Below are positions 9,864-21,139 of a stretch of DNA of 64,000 nt, piece by piece; position 1 is the stretch's first letter; each line of letters opens with the position of its first letter. The position numbers were made by a program, and so were the translations under genes. Source of the DNA: Obrimoposthia wandeli (taxonomy: Eukaryota); assembly GCA_977020255.1 (NCBI GenBank), contig CDROCS010000253.1:2232001-2296000 (forward strand), read 5' to 3'. Under the pieces are notes generated by a model. It saw nothing but the letters and a program-made list of their open reading frames with translations, was not told where the DNA came from and searched no databases.

Positions 9864-10787
9864 TTATTTTTTTGTTACTCGCTTTTTTGTTACACGTTTT
9901 TTAGTTACTTGGTCAAGTTTAAGCATATAGGAATTTCGACCTATGCCACTGAACTCTTCATCGGTAAAAATGATGGTATTATCGTCAGCAAAGGTTACCG
10001 CTTCTTTTTGGGTGACGATACCTAAATCAATTTTATAGGCATCACCTGAGAAAAAATCATCGTCTTGCCAATTTTCAAATAGCCATAATCGTTCGGAGTC
10101 TAATAACACTAATTTAGTTCTATCTGGGCTTAACGCGGCAGAGGTTATCCAACAGAGTTTTTCATGGGTGGTACAGGTATTAAAATTACTCACAAAATCG
10201 GCTTGGTAATTATCGGCATGGTCGCCAATTTTATATAAGTTTGTATCACCATCGAAAGGCTTAGTACGGTTTTTAGAAAATAGGTATAAGTGCTTTTTGT
10301 AAAAAACAAAGGCTTCTAAATCAAAGTTTTTTTCTGAGGCTTTGGGTGGGAAATGTAACTGTTTAGGGAAGGTGAATTTAATTATTTCAGCTTGAGTTTC
10401 CGTGCCCTTAATATCTATGGGGTTTTCAATTTTATAAATGGTTAACCATTTACGTATATTGTCATTGTTACCAAAATCACCAATGAAAAAGTGGCCAAAA
10501 TCATCTTGGGTCATATCTTCCCAATCTAAATTTCTTGCATTGGTAATCGTGATTGTTTTATTCACTTTACCATCGCTTTGTATTCGATGTATTTGTGCTG
10601 AATTACCGCCATCATTAATGGCCCACAATTTACCGGCCTTGTCGACTTCAATACCAGAAATCTCTTTAAGTTTACTATCTAAAGTAACGAGTTTACTGCT
10701 ATAAAGCTGATAAATTGCAGTTAGAGTAAGCACTAACACGAGTAAAACGCTAATAAGCACTATCGCGTAAACCGATCTTTTTATCAT
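9864..10787 (-). CDS. Membrane-anchored/secreted beta-propeller-like protein (SdiA-regulated/esterase-like phytase superfamily, tentative)
   Basis: N-terminal TM; EISGI, WAINDGGN, DWEDM, FIGDFGNN, DLEAF and QKEAV blade motifs. Confidence 0.65.
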   Translation of the reverse strand: MIKRSVYAIVLISVLLVLVLTLTAIYQLYSSKLVTLDSKLKEISGIEVDKAGKLWAINDGGNSAQIHRIQSDGKVNKTITITNARNLDWEDMTQDDFGHFFIGDFGNNDNIRKWLTIYKIENPIDIKGTETQAEIIKFTFPKQLHFPPKASEKNFDLEAFVFYKKHLYLFSKNRTKPFDGDTNLYKIGDHADNYQADFVSNFNTCTTHEKLCWITSAALSPDRTKLVLLDSERLWLFENWQDDDFFSGDAYKIDLGIVTQKEAVTFADDNTIIFTDEEFSGIGRNSYMLKLDQVTKKRVTKKRVTKK

Positions 10788-11259
10788 TAATCTTCCAAGT
10801 AAAGTTGAACACTTTAACCAAGGGCCCCAATAGTTATTTTTAGAGGGAATTAGTTAACATCATCAGTATCATTGATTATTAACAAGCCATTAGCTTTCAT
10901 TGTTTACGTAAATTCACGTACGATTTAATTTCCCGCTAAAATAGCACAGGTAGCTTAATTTACGTGCTATTTTTTTTGTAGCTCAGGTAACAAGTCGAGG
11001 GGGAACGAGTAGTAGATATAAGTGACTTGGCATTTTTTAACTGATGTTTAATTTATTATTTGGTAGGTTTTGTATTTTTTGTATGGATTTTAACCGTTTT
11101 TTTTTGACGCTTATCATTTTGAAAGTTATCAACTTTTAAATAACTCATGACTAAAAAGCAAGCAATTAAAGTAAAGGTTAGGTGGGGTTTTTGTTAAATT
11201 TACTGTATGATACGCGGCTTTAAAATGTCTATCTCATTAGCAACATCTAGGAATACCTT

Positions 11260-12864
11260 TTGATCACTACATCGAACATTACAATGCAATTTGGCGCAGA
11301 GCCGTTATTTGAAAACATTTCGGCTAAATTTGGCAATGGTCACCGCTACGGTTTGATCGGCGCAAATGGCTGTGGCAAGTCTACATTTATGAAGATCCTT
11401 AGTGGCGATTTAGTGCCTAGCTCAGGCAACGTATCGGTAAGTACAGGTAACAAAGTAAGTACTTTGGGCCAAGATCAGTTCGCTTTTGAAACACATAATG
11501 TAATTGATACTGTGATCATGGGCGACATGCCTTTGTGGAAAGTAAAGCAAGAAAGAGATGCTATTTACGCACAAGCTGAAATGAGTGAAGCCGATGGTAT
11601 GCGTGTTGGTGACTTAGAAAGTCAATTTGCAGAAATGGACGGTTACACCGCAGAAAGTCGTGCTGGCGAAATATTATTAGAAGCGGGTATTGAAGAATCT
11701 TTTCACTACGGTTCTATGCAACAAGTTGCACCAGGTTGGAAGTTACGTGTGTTACTTGCACAAGCATTATTTGCTAACCCTGATATATTATTACTCGATG
11801 AGCCTACTAACAACTTGGATATTCATACCATCAGTTGGTTAGAAGGTGAATTGAACAAACGTAAATGCACCATGATTATCATTTCCCATGATAGACATTT
11901 CCTTAACTCTGTTTGTACGCATATGGCAGATATTGATTACGGTGAATTACGTGTTTATCCAGGTAATTACGAGTTCTTCTTAGCGCAGTCTGGTTTATTA
12001 CGTGAGCAGTTATTATCGGGTAATGTTAAAAAAGCTGAAGAAATTGCCGAACTACAAGACTTTGTTAACCGTTTTGGTGCTAATGCTTCAAAAGCGAAAC
12101 AAGCCAGTTCTCGTGCTAAGAAAATGGATAAAATTAAACTTGATGATGTTAAATCATCAAGTCGAATTACCCCTAAGATTGCTTTTGCTCCGGGCAAAAA
12201 AATGCACCGTCAAGCATTAGAACTTGAAAATCTAAGTCATGGTTTTGATGGTGAAGTATTATTTAAAAATGGTGACTTATTACTAGAAGCCGGTGCTAAG
12301 TTAGCGATTATCGGCGAAAACGGTGTGGGTAAAACTACCTTGTTACGTTGTTTAATGAGCGAGTTAGAGCACATTGAAGGTGTTGTTAAATGGTCTGAAA
12401 ATGCTTCAGTAGGTTATTGCCCACAAGACAGTGGTTCATTTTTTGATAATGACTTAACATTAATGGATTGGATGTCACAATGGCGTAGACCATGTCACAA
12501 CGATTTAAGTGTTCGTGGCATGTTAGGTCGTATGTTATTTACTGACGACGATGCCAATAAAAAAGCACGTAACTGTTCAGGTGGTGAAAAGAACCGCTTG
12601 TTATTTGGTATGTTAATGATGGCTGATATCAATGTATTGATCATGGATGAGCCGACTAACCACATGGACATCGAAGCGATTGATGCATTAAATAATGCCC
12701 TTAAAGACTTTGAAGGTACATTAATTTTTGTTAGTCATGACCGTGAGTTTGTTTCATCATTAGCAACGCGAATTATTGATATTAAAGATAAAAAGCTTAT
12801 TGATTTCCAAGGCTCTTTAGACGAGTACCTTGATAGCCAAATACAGGCTCAGAAAAGAGCTTAA
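11260..12864 (+). CDS. ybiT: ABC-F family ATPase (YbiT-like)
   Basis: Two NBDs ([18 protein letters not shown]; [19 protein letters not shown]) and no TM segments. Confidence 0.88.
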   Translation: MITTSNITMQFGAEPLFENISAKFGNGHRYGLIGANGCGKSTFMKILSGDLVPSSGNVSVSTGNKVSTLGQDQFAFETHNVIDTVIMGDMPLWKVKQERDAIYAQAEMSEADGMRVGDLESQFAEMDGYTAESRAGEILLEAGIEESFHYGSMQQVAPGWKLRVLLAQALFANPDILLLDEPTNNLDIHTISWLEGELNKRKCTMIIISHDRHFLNSVCTHMADIDYGELRVYPGNYEFFLAQSGLLREQLLSGNVKKAEEIAELQDFVNRFGANASKAKQASSRAKKMDKIKLDDVKSSSRITPKIAFAPGKKMHRQALELENLSHGFDGEVLFKNGDLLLEAGAKLAIIGENGVGKTTLLRCLMSELEHIEGVVKWSENASVGYCPQDSGSFFDNDLTLMDWMSQWRRPCHNDLSVRGMLGRMLFTDDDANKKARNCSGGEKNRLLFGMLMMADINVLIMDEPTNHMDIEAIDALNNALKDFEGTLIFVSHDREFVSSLATRIIDIKDKKLIDFQGSLDEYLDSQIQAQKRA

Positions 12865-12936
12865 TTAATATTAAAACATATTAGGGTAGATAAATAGCTA
12901 AACTATTTTGAATTTTAGCTATTACATCCCGAAAAT

Positions 12937-12970
12937 AAAAAAAGAGTGAAATTATTTCACTCTTTTTTTT
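12937..12970. terminator. Bidirectional terminator between ybiT and the convergent SBP gene
   Basis: A7-GAGTGAAA-TTA-TTTCACTC-T8. Confidence 0.8.
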
Positions 12971-13019
12971 TACCCCCACTATGTGTGATCTGTAAAGGAG
13001 TGATGATGTTCTCAGAGTA

Positions 13020-13772
13020 TTAATAAGCTTTGATAATTTTTTCTAAATATCCTGATTGATGTAATTGACCAAGTGATTTTTCAAGGTGTTGCTGTAGCTC
13101 TTTGTTGAATAGAGGTGACATTGCTAAATGTAAGTCATAATTATCAATGACTTTAGAAAAGTCATGTAAATTATAATTGTTAACAGATAACTCTTCTTTC
13201 TTGAGGTTATATTTAATACGCACATCCATCTCTACAAACCCAGCTTTACCTTTTAACCTATTAACCACTTTAAATGCAGATTTATAGCTTTTTACCTTAA
13301 TAGCTTTAATGCGCTTTTTAGCGATATGCTCATCTAAGCCAGGGTAGTCAAAACCATGTAATAAAATGACGGTTTTACCAAATATATCTTTGGCAGAATT
13401 AATATCAAAGTCTTGCTGTATAGATGTTAGTAATGAATGTTGAACGTTAAATACCGGTAGTTTTGATAAGTTAGCCGATTGTACTCCCGGCCAGTTTGGC
13501 GAACCAAAAGTTATCCAGTTGTCAATATCGCCTTTCTCAAGCATTCTAATCATTCGTTTGAAAGGTAAAGTGTGTATTTTTACGTCGAAATCAGGGCCAG
13601 AAAATATTTCTTGGACAATGTCGGTAATGATACCTGTATGGTGCTTTTTATTTAGGTGACTTTGAAATGGCTGAGCTTGGTCTTGAATCACCATATAATT
13701 TATTTCAGTGGTAGCATTGCTTCTTGATGTTATTAATACCAGTAATAATATTGTTATTTTGAGTATGCGCAT
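13020..13772 (-). CDS. Orphan periplasmic substrate-binding protein (family 3 type)
   Basis: Signal peptide; GIITDIVQEIF, LPFKRMIRML.G..D and GKTV..L.GF.Y patterns. Confidence 0.75.
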   Translation of the reverse strand: MRILKITILLLVLITSRSNATTEINYMVIQDQAQPFQSHLNKKHHTGIITDIVQEIFSGPDFDVKIHTLPFKRMIRMLEKGDIDNWITFGSPNWPGVQSANLSKLPVFNVQHSLLTSIQQDFDINSAKDIFGKTVILLHGFDYPGLDEHIAKKRIKAIKVKSYKSAFKVVNRLKGKAGFVEMDVRIKYNLKKEELSVNNYNLHDFSKVIDNYDLHLAMSPLFNKELQQHLEKSLGQLHQSGYLEKIIKAY

Positions 13773-13915
13773 TTCACTACCCTGTGAGTAAAGTTTGAAG
13801 TCAATTTAAATTTAGTTAGTTATTGTCAAATTTGCAAAAAAACACCTTGTTTACTAACCTGACTTTATCAACTTAGCTTTTTCAGCTTCTATTGTGTAAA
13901 GGATGACATGCAAGA

Positions 13916-16213
13916 ATGAAGTTTCAACATTCTATAGCCAAACAACTACTCATATGGATCATGCTATCCAGCTCTGTATTGACGCTTATTATCACCTCTA
14001 TTCATTTAATCGTGTCTTATAAAAATGACATGTCGGCGCTTGATAAGCGTTTAATTGAAGTTGAAACGAGCTACTTACCTGCAATCGCTAATGCGCTTTG
14101 GGTGGAAGATGATGAACAAATAAAGGTTCAAATAAGGGGAATTAAAAACTTACCAGATATAGCGGTAGTGCAATTAATTCGTGATAACAACATTGTTATT
14201 GAGGAAGGAAAAGATAATACCAATTATTCTCGATTAGGGCGATGGCCAATTAGTTATCTATATGAAGAACAGGAAATTGTTTTAGGTGAATTATATGTGG
14301 TTAGCGATTTATATCCCGTTTATCGTCGCTTGGCCGACAAAGTTTTACTCACCTTAATCACGCAAGGCGCCAAAACCTTCATTATTTCTTTTGTTATTTT
14401 ATCCATTGTTTATCTTATCGTAGGTCGCCACTTAACTTTTTTGGCTAAGGCAATGGCTAAAAGTGCTAACTCAGTTAAAGACCATCAGAATATAAAATTA
14501 GCAGGTAAAGGCGATAAAATTGATGATGAGCTGAATTACCTCGTTAGTTCATACAATGATATGTGCCATATGTTATCGACATCATTTCAAAAGTTAGAGG
14601 TCGAAAAAGAAAAAGCTGAACAAGCTAACCGACTCAAAAGTGAGTTTTTAGCGAATATCAGCCATGAAGTCAAAACACCTATGAACGGGGTGTATGGTAT
14701 GACAATGCTATTGTTGCGAACCCCGCTTGATAAAAAACAATATGAATTTGCTAAAACAATTCAAAAAAGTGCAAATAATATGTTGGATCTGCTCAATAGT
14801 ATTTTAGATTTCTCTAAAATAGAAGCGGGTAGATTAGAAAAAGATGAGCACAATTTCCAGTTAAAGGAATTTTTAAATGACGTAATTTTTTTATTTAATC
14901 CTATTGCTCAGGAAAAAAAATTAGAACTTACCTTAGATATTGAAACCGAGCTAGAACATTATGTTACGGGTGACTCTACCAAACTAAAACAAGTATTAAC
15001 AAACCTTATTAGTAATGCAATAAAGTTCACTCAAGTGGGAAGTGTCAAGCTAAAAGTTACGGTTACGCATTCAACGGAGCAATATTACCAAGTAGAATTT
15101 TCAGTAAGTGATACGGGTATGGGGATTGCCGAAGATAAGCTTGATTCTATTTTTGATAAATTTAGCCAAGCTGAGAACTCAACCACTAGAGTATATGGTG
15201 GTACAGGGTTAGGTTTAGCTATTTCCAATCGTTTAGTCGACTTCATGGATGGAAATCTACAGGTAAAAAGTCAAGTTATGCTGGGAAGCTGTTTTTACTT
15301 TTCACTGAAATTAATAAAAGCAGAGTTATTAGATGAGGTTTCTTTAGATCATATGTTATGTCTTTATAATAAACGGGTACTGATAGTTGATGATCAACCT
15401 TTTAATACCAGACTACTGATGGAACTATTGACATCATGGCAGATGAAAGCAACATCATTAAACGACCCCTTATTAGCTGTTACTACCCTAGAAGAATTTG
15501 ATAAAAGAAGTGAAAGTTTTGACCTTGTTTTTATAGATAAAAATATGCCGAAACTAAGTGGTTATGCGTTATTTAAGTTAATTAAACAAGTTTCACTGGC
15601 TAAAGGATTTAAAGTAATCATGACATCGGCATATGCTAATGAAGCCGATTTTAAGCAATGCCATGAGTTGGGTATAGAGGCTTTATTAGAAATACCAGTA
15701 TCACCTGAAAAAATACAGCAAACAATCTTAAAAGCAATGCTTAGTAAAGAGTCTGAAGAGCATGAAAACAATTTAATTGAAGTTGAGTCTCTACTTAAGA
15801 GTCAAAAATTAGCCATATTGGTAGTTGATGATTCACAAATAAACCGTAAAGTCTGTACCAACATGGTGGCTACAATTGCGGGTACAGTCTCGACCGCTAA
15901 TGATGGCCTGCAAGCCATTGAAACTTGGCAACAAGATTATTTTGATATAATTTTAATGGATTGTCATATGCCAGTCATGGATGGTATCTCTGCGACCAAA
16001 GAAATACGTAAATTAGAAAAAGATAGCCATAAGCATACGGTTATTATTGCTATTACTGCTAGCGATGTCGAATTAGATCGTAACAACTGCTTTGATGCTG
16101 GTATGGATGGCTTTATAGCTAAACCATATAGCCCTAATGATTTATGGCAAGCTATACATGAATGTTTGATTAACCAGGCAAAAGGCGAGGATAGAAAGAA
16201 AATAACGCTTTAA
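13916..16213 (+). CDS. Hybrid sensor histidine kinase with two receiver domains
   Basis: Two TMs, [16 protein letters not shown]-box, [16 protein letters not shown] and GGTGLGL boxes; REC domains VLIVDD and [16 protein letters not shown]. Confidence 0.93.
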   Translation: MKFQHSIAKQLLIWIMLSSSVLTLIITSIHLIVSYKNDMSALDKRLIEVETSYLPAIANALWVEDDEQIKVQIRGIKNLPDIAVVQLIRDNNIVIEEGKDNTNYSRLGRWPISYLYEEQEIVLGELYVVSDLYPVYRRLADKVLLTLITQGAKTFIISFVILSIVYLIVGRHLTFLAKAMAKSANSVKDHQNIKLAGKGDKIDDELNYLVSSYNDMCHMLSTSFQKLEVEKEKAEQANRLKSEFLANISHEVKTPMNGVYGMTMLLLRTPLDKKQYEFAKTIQKSANNMLDLLNSILDFSKIEAGRLEKDEHNFQLKEFLNDVIFLFNPIAQEKKLELTLDIETELEHYVTGDSTKLKQVLTNLISNAIKFTQVGSVKLKVTVTHSTEQYYQVEFSVSDTGMGIAEDKLDSIFDKFSQAENSTTRVYGGTGLGLAISNRLVDFMDGNLQVKSQVMLGSCFYFSLKLIKAELLDEVSLDHMLCLYNKRVLIVDDQPFNTRLLMELLTSWQMKATSLNDPLLAVTTLEEFDKRSESFDLVFIDKNMPKLSGYALFKLIKQVSLAKGFKVIMTSAYANEADFKQCHELGIEALLEIPVSPEKIQQTILKAMLSKESEEHENNLIEVESLLKSQKLAILVVDDSQINRKVCTNMVATIAGTVSTANDGLQAIETWQQDYFDIILMDCHMPVMDGISATKEIRKLEKDSHKHTVIIAITASDVELDRNNCFDAGMDGFIAKPYSPNDLWQAIHECLINQAKGEDRKKITL

Positions 16214-16618
16214 TAGTTATTTTTTTGTTGTTGGAATAAATGCTTTTTCGATATTGACAACGTTCAATGTGAGTGAAAAATTCAGTTGCTCTATTGTTGC
16301 CTATTGGTGACAGTTTATATTTTCTTGGTAATGCTGGCTAATTCGTTATTTGCTATGGTTTTTTTAATTTTATAGGTCAAGTTGGTGAAGGTTAATGACG
16401 ACAAGCTGTTGCTTTTTGGTAACACTTATATCGTGCTGTTTTCATTTAAACCTATTAAGAACAATGAATTGTCGCTTTGGCCTACTTTGTGCTCTAGCTA
16501 ATATAGCTGATTACTCAAATGAGCTGCATTAGTCACGTACAAATGTATGACGGACCTTGTGAGGTCTATTTTTAAATACTGGCTTTACCAATAATCATCA
16601 ACTTTAAAGGAAACCTTC

Positions 16619-17002
16619 ATGTCTGAGCCTATGTCAGAAAAAGAATCCAAAACCCTCTCTCGTTGTATTAAAATAGATGACTGGATTTTCGAAATAAAAA
16701 TGGTACGCGCAATCCGTGTTGAAGAGTATGGACAACCCTACACCGCTATTGCCAATCTTAACCTTAATGGTGACAACGCTTATGTAGATGGCTTACTGAC
16801 AAATTCTGCAATGGAACTAGCTAACGAAGACTTTAAGACCCTAAAAGAGTATTTTAAGCGATTAGGCGTTAAAAAAATCAAGTTCGATCGCTATAAAAAT
16901 AATCAAGCAATATCTCACTCGTGGCAATTAATAGCTAACTCGTGGGTTGTTTTACCAGTAGAGTCAAAACCACAACCATTACAACTCGTTAGTCTCGGCT
17001 AG
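16619..17002 (+). CDS. Hypothetical protein
   Basis: 127-aa ORF with AAGGA RBS and natural composition; family not recognised. Confidence 0.65.
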   Translation: MSEPMSEKESKTLSRCIKIDDWIFEIKMVRAIRVEEYGQPYTAIANLNLNGDNAYVDGLLTNSAMELANEDFKTLKEYFKRLGVKKIKFDRYKNNQAISHSWQLIANSWVVLPVESKPQPLQLVSLG

Positions 17003-17014
17003 TTAGTTGTAGGC

Positions 17015-17096
17015 CATCCCATTTCGTTGTTACCACAATGAAATAAAATGCTACATGGATGTAGCGTCCTTAGCAACAAATGTAACGACGGGTATG
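17015..17096. repeat. Small imperfect palindromic element containing GCTACATGGATGTAGC
   Basis: Ends CATCCC.../...GGGTATG; internal 7-bp stem at 17050-17065; GCTACACGGATG recurs at 17167. Confidence 0.4.
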
Positions 17097-17107
17097 TTTT
17101 GCTCAGT

Positions 17108-17294
17108 TTTCCCCAAAGGGCTGGTTTATAAACGCTTTATACTGCGTTATTGATTTCGACAATAACGCTACACGGATGGTGTTATTAGAGAATGCAGCAT
17201 ATTCTCCTGAATAACTCTTCTCTTCAATCAATGCCTTGCCTAAAGGCGTTTATAATTCCAGCTGAATCCTGCATCTTCAAGTGGAGCGGGTATA
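17108..17294. repeat. ERIC-like/MITE-like intergenic repeat (long copy)
   Basis: Ends TAATTCCAGCTGAATCCTGCATCTTCAAGTGGAGCGGGTATA; the same end occurs at 52047-52102, 63084-63185 and 21202-21255. Confidence 0.75.
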
Positions 17295-17331
17295 TATGGC
17301 ATTCAAGTCATCAAATAAATACTCGGTGCAT

Positions 17332-17358
17332 TAATCTAAACTCGTCCTTCAAACGTAT
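17332..17358 (+). promoter_or_regulatory. sigmaE(ChrR)-type promoter of the DUF2878 operon
   Basis: TAATCT-N16-CGTAT (one-off -35). Confidence 0.55.
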
Positions 17359-17381
17359 ATTGATTTAAATATTCTTTTGTT

Positions 17382-17906
17382 ATGTATTTGGGATGCTATT
17401 TGAATAATTCAGTGCTGCTTAACATAGTCGGCTTCAACTTGGCCTGGTTTGGCTTAGTGTCTTGGGGCAACCTCTTTATCCCTATTAGCCTTTTATTACT
17501 GGTGGCTCACATTCACTTTATCGTCCAAGTGCGTGGTGAATTATTATTAATACTGGTGATAACTCTTATTGGGATATTTGTTGATTCGTTACTTATGTAT
17601 TTTACTGTTTTTATTTTTGCTAATAGCAGTCATATACCGTTTTGGTTGATGATGCTTTGGGCTTGTTTTGGAGCAACCCTTTGTCACAGCCTACGATTTT
17701 TGGCGAGTTCTAAAGTATTTCAACTACTTATTGGCGCTATAGTCGCGCCATTAAGTTATATCGCGGGTTACAAATTTCAGGCTGTTGAGTTTAGCCAATC
17801 TATAATATTAACGTACTTAATACTCAGTTTAATATGGGCGTTGTTGTTTGTTTTATTTTTCGCTTTAAAAGATCGCCTAATCAAGGTTGAGGTAAGTCAT
17901 GTTTAA
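17382..17906 (+). CDS. DUF2878 family membrane protein
   Basis: LNIVGFNLAWFG, GIFVDSLL, PFWLMMLW..F.ATL.HSL and APLSY.AG motifs. Confidence 0.8.
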   Translation: MYLGCYLNNSVLLNIVGFNLAWFGLVSWGNLFIPISLLLLVAHIHFIVQVRGELLLILVITLIGIFVDSLLMYFTVFIFANSSHIPFWLMMLWACFGATLCHSLRFLASSKVFQLLIGAIVAPLSYIAGYKFQAVEFSQSIILTYLILSLIWALLFVLFFALKDRLIKVEVSHV

Positions 17907-18489
17907 ATCATCTTATTATTTTTTATCTTTTTATTTATCGTGTTTTTGCTTGATAACGCTCTGTTTTTCTCACAGTGTGGTTTTTGCAAAAAGTATGACC
18001 GATGAAATGATTTTGCCAAACAGCTTAAAAACCACCCTTGATACACGACAGTTTGTATCGATAGGGGAGACGACCTTTTCTATTTTATTTTGGGATATTT
18101 ATACAAGCAAATTACTAACAACATCAGGAAAGTATCCTGTTGAAATAGATAAAGAGAGCCTACTTTTTGATATCAATTACTTAGCGGATATTTCAAGTGA
18201 AGATTTAATAAATAGGACTGTTGAACAATGGGATCATCTTGGGCTAGCACCCGAGAAATATAAAATGTATTTACCTGAACTAAAAAATATTTGGCCAGAT
18301 ATTAAAGATGGTGACAGCTTGTCGTTGTTAATACATCAGGGGCGCAGTGTATTTTATTTTAATAAAAAATATATTGGCGTCATTAATCCCCCTGACTTTG
18401 GAAAAATTTTTCTTGCTATTTGGCTATCTGAAAACACCAGTCAACCCAAGTTACGACATGAATTATTAGGAAGTATTAAAGATGAATAA
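17899..18489 (+). CDS. Chalcone-isomerase-like family protein
   Basis: G...F..LFWDIY, WPDIK.GD.L and F...FLAIWLSENTSQP.LR..LLG motifs. Confidence 0.8.
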   Translation: MFKSSYYFLSFYLSCFCLITLCFSHSVVFAKSMTDEMILPNSLKTTLDTRQFVSIGETTFSILFWDIYTSKLLTTSGKYPVEIDKESLLFDINYLADISSEDLINRTVEQWDHLGLAPEKYKMYLPELKNIWPDIKDGDSLSLLIHQGRSVFYFNKKYIGVINPPDFGKIFLAIWLSENTSQPKLRHELLGSIKDE

Positions 18490-19039
18490 ACTAAAAAAAA
18501 TACTACTTATTGTAGTTACCTGTGGATTTATTTCTAGTTGCACAATAGCATTAGACGATTATCAGGAGGTTGATAAGCCGTTTGATATTAAGCACTATTT
18601 TGATGGGCAGGTCATCGCATGGGGCATTGTGCAAGATTATTCTAATAAAGTAAGTAGACGTTTTTGTGTTGAAATAGTGGGCACATGGCAGGGAAATGAT
18701 GGCGTTCTGGCTGAAAAGTTTTACTTTAATGACGGTGAAATCAGTTATAGGAACTGGCAATTATCAAAAAAAACAGATGGTAGCTACGAAGGACAAGCGG
18801 AAGATGTTGTCGGAACCGCCATTGGCAAACATCAGGGCTTCGCCTTTCAGTTTCAATACGAGTTATCATTGGTGGTTGAAGATGAAAGCTATCAAGTTTT
18901 TATGGATGACTGGATGTATCAACTTGATGAACATCGAGTAATGAATAAAACCTCAATGAGCAAGCTCGGCGTTAAAGTTGCTGAGGTAACATTGTTTTTT
19001 GATAAACAAACACAAGTACAAAAATGTCCAAGTATTTAA
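18482..19039 (+). CDS. DUF3833 family lipoprotein
   Basis: Lipobox-like ISSC; YFDGQVIAWGIVQD, YEGQAEDVVG.A.G and DDWMYQLD motifs. Confidence 0.82.
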   Translation: MNKLKKILLIVVTCGFISSCTIALDDYQEVDKPFDIKHYFDGQVIAWGIVQDYSNKVSRRFCVEIVGTWQGNDGVLAEKFYFNDGEISYRNWQLSKKTDGSYEGQAEDVVGTAIGKHQGFAFQFQYELSLVVEDESYQVFMDDWMYQLDEHRVMNKTSMSKLGVKVAEVTLFFDKQTQVQKCPSI

Positions 19040-19132
19040 TACGTGATAAAGCTTATTTATCAACCTAATCAATACGACATCATTTAATAAAAGGTCATCG
19101 ATAAAGATATAAATATTATTATCAATAAATGT

Positions 19133-19159
19133 TGATCCTTGTTGTTTTTTTGTCCGTAT
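19133..19159 (+). promoter_or_regulatory. sigmaE(ChrR)-type promoter of the fasciclin gene
   Basis: TGATCC-N16-CGTAT. Confidence 0.75.
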
Positions 19160-19192
19160 GTTTAAGGGTAATTAATTAACGAGGGTAGCCAA

Positions 19193-21025
19193 GTGAAATA
19201 TTTTAAAATACTAAGCGTAACCGTGTTAAGCATGTTTTTATTACAAGGCTGTAATGATGACGATGACAAAGTAATTCAAAAAGAAACCGAAGAGGTAGTA
19301 ACTACTACTATTGTTGATGCAGCTGTTAGTAATGGAAGTTTTACTACCCTAGTTGCCGCTCTACAGGCTACTGGGCTTGATAAAACATTAGCAGATACAA
19401 GCGCCAAGTTTACTGTTTTTGCACCAACGGATAATGCTTTTGCCTTGCTAGGACAAGAGACCATTGATGCGTTGCTCGCTGATACTGATAAATTGTCAGA
19501 TATTCTGACGTATCATGTTATTAGTGGTGAAGTTGATGCCGCAGCAGCCATTGCGCTAGCGGGAACAACGGTTGATATGGTCAACGGTGATGCAGTAGGT
19601 TTGTCGTTATATGGTGATAACTTACTAGTTAATACTGCGACAGTAACCACAACAGATATTCAAACCGATAATGGTATTATTCATGTTATTGATGCGGTAT
19701 TGCTTCCGCCTGCAGAGATGGTGGAGCCGACAGAAAATATTGTTGAAGTGGCACTGGCTGACCCAGATAACTTCTCTACCTTAGTTGCCGCGCTTACCGC
19801 TGCTGATTTAGTGACTACGTTATCAAACGAAGATGCTACGTTTACTGTTTTTGCTCCGACTAATGCCGCTTTTTCCTTAATTGCAAGTGATACTTTGGCT
19901 TCACTACTAGCCGATACTGATACGTTATCAAAAGTACTGCTACAGCATGTTGTTCCAAATGCGGCTGTCAACTCGGTTAATGCATATGCGTTGAGTGGCT
20001 CTATGGTTGAGACTGCGTCTATGGCTAAAGTAGCACTTAATATTAACATGACCACAGATACACTATTGTTCGGTGGTGCCAATATTGTGATGAAAGATAT
20101 TTATACCACTAACGGTGTTATTCATGTGATTGATGCGGTTATTATTGGTGATGTTGCATTACCAAAACCGAGCATGAGCTTAGTTGGTGTTGCCAGTGGT
20201 AACAGTGATTTATCTACACTCGTTTCAGCGTTGCAATCAACAGGATTAGATACTGTTTTAGCTAATCTTGATAATGATTATACTGTTTTTGCACCAACCA
20301 ATGCCGCTTTTTCAAAATTACCTGCAGGCACCATTGAGGGCTTAACCAGTGATCAGTTAAGCAATATCTTACTTTATCACGTGATCGCGGGCGAAGTACT
20401 TTCTGATGGTGCTATTAACCTAGCTCAATCAATGGATAACATGGCTTTAATGGCCAATGAAAGTAAAGCCTCGGTATCGTTTACTAATGGTATGCTATTT
20501 ATTAATGGCGCTAAGGTCAGTGCTGCTAATGTTATGGCTGAGAATGGTGTTGTTCACTTAATTGATAATGTGATTATGCCTCCGGCAATGATAGCGACAC
20601 CAACCATGAATATTGTTGAAGTCGCTTTGGCAGACCCAGATAACTTCTCTACCTTAGTAACTGCATTGACTGCTGCTGATTTGGTAACTACGTTGTCAAA
20701 CGAAGATGCTACTTTTACTGTTTTTGCGCCAACCAATGCTGCGTTTGATAAAATTGACGCCGATGCTTTAGCTGACTTGTTAGCGGATACCGACATGCTT
20801 ACCAAAGTACTGTTAACTCATGTTGTGGCTGAAAGTAGCTTAAGCTCATTAGATGCTTATGCAAGTAATGGACGTTCTTTAACTACTGCATCGGGTTCTA
20901 TGGTTGATGTGAATGTTGATGTCGATTCAGGTATGTTAATAATAGGTGGTGCTAAGGTCGTGATATCAGATGTCTACACTACCAATGGCATTATTCATGT
21001 TATTGATACGGTAATTATGGAATAG
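19193..21025 (+). CDS. Lipoprotein with four FAS1 (fasciclin) domains
   Basis: Lipobox LQGC; four FTVFAPT(D/N).AF and NG.(I/V)H.ID.V repeats. Confidence 0.92.
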   Translation: MKYFKILSVTVLSMFLLQGCNDDDDKVIQKETEEVVTTTIVDAAVSNGSFTTLVAALQATGLDKTLADTSAKFTVFAPTDNAFALLGQETIDALLADTDKLSDILTYHVISGEVDAAAAIALAGTTVDMVNGDAVGLSLYGDNLLVNTATVTTTDIQTDNGIIHVIDAVLLPPAEMVEPTENIVEVALADPDNFSTLVAALTAADLVTTLSNEDATFTVFAPTNAAFSLIASDTLASLLADTDTLSKVLLQHVVPNAAVNSVNAYALSGSMVETASMAKVALNINMTTDTLLFGGANIVMKDIYTTNGVIHVIDAVIIGDVALPKPSMSLVGVASGNSDLSTLVSALQSTGLDTVLANLDNDYTVFAPTNAAFSKLPAGTIEGLTSDQLSNILLYHVIAGEVLSDGAINLAQSMDNMALMANESKASVSFTNGMLFINGAKVSAANVMAENGVVHLIDNVIMPPAMIATPTMNIVEVALADPDNFSTLVTALTAADLVTTLSNEDATFTVFAPTNAAFDKIDADALADLLADTDMLTKVLLTHVVAESSLSSLDAYASNGRSLTTASGSMVDVNVDVDSGMLIIGGAKVVISDVYTTNGIIHVIDTVIME

Positions 21026-21139
21026 TCGCCTGATTTTTTTCACTGAGTTTTAGTAGCTTATATTTAGTTACTCTGTTTTAGCCGGTTAATTGTTCTTTCT
21101 TTTACCATGCAGAGAGTGAGAGTAATGTTATCGGCTATG

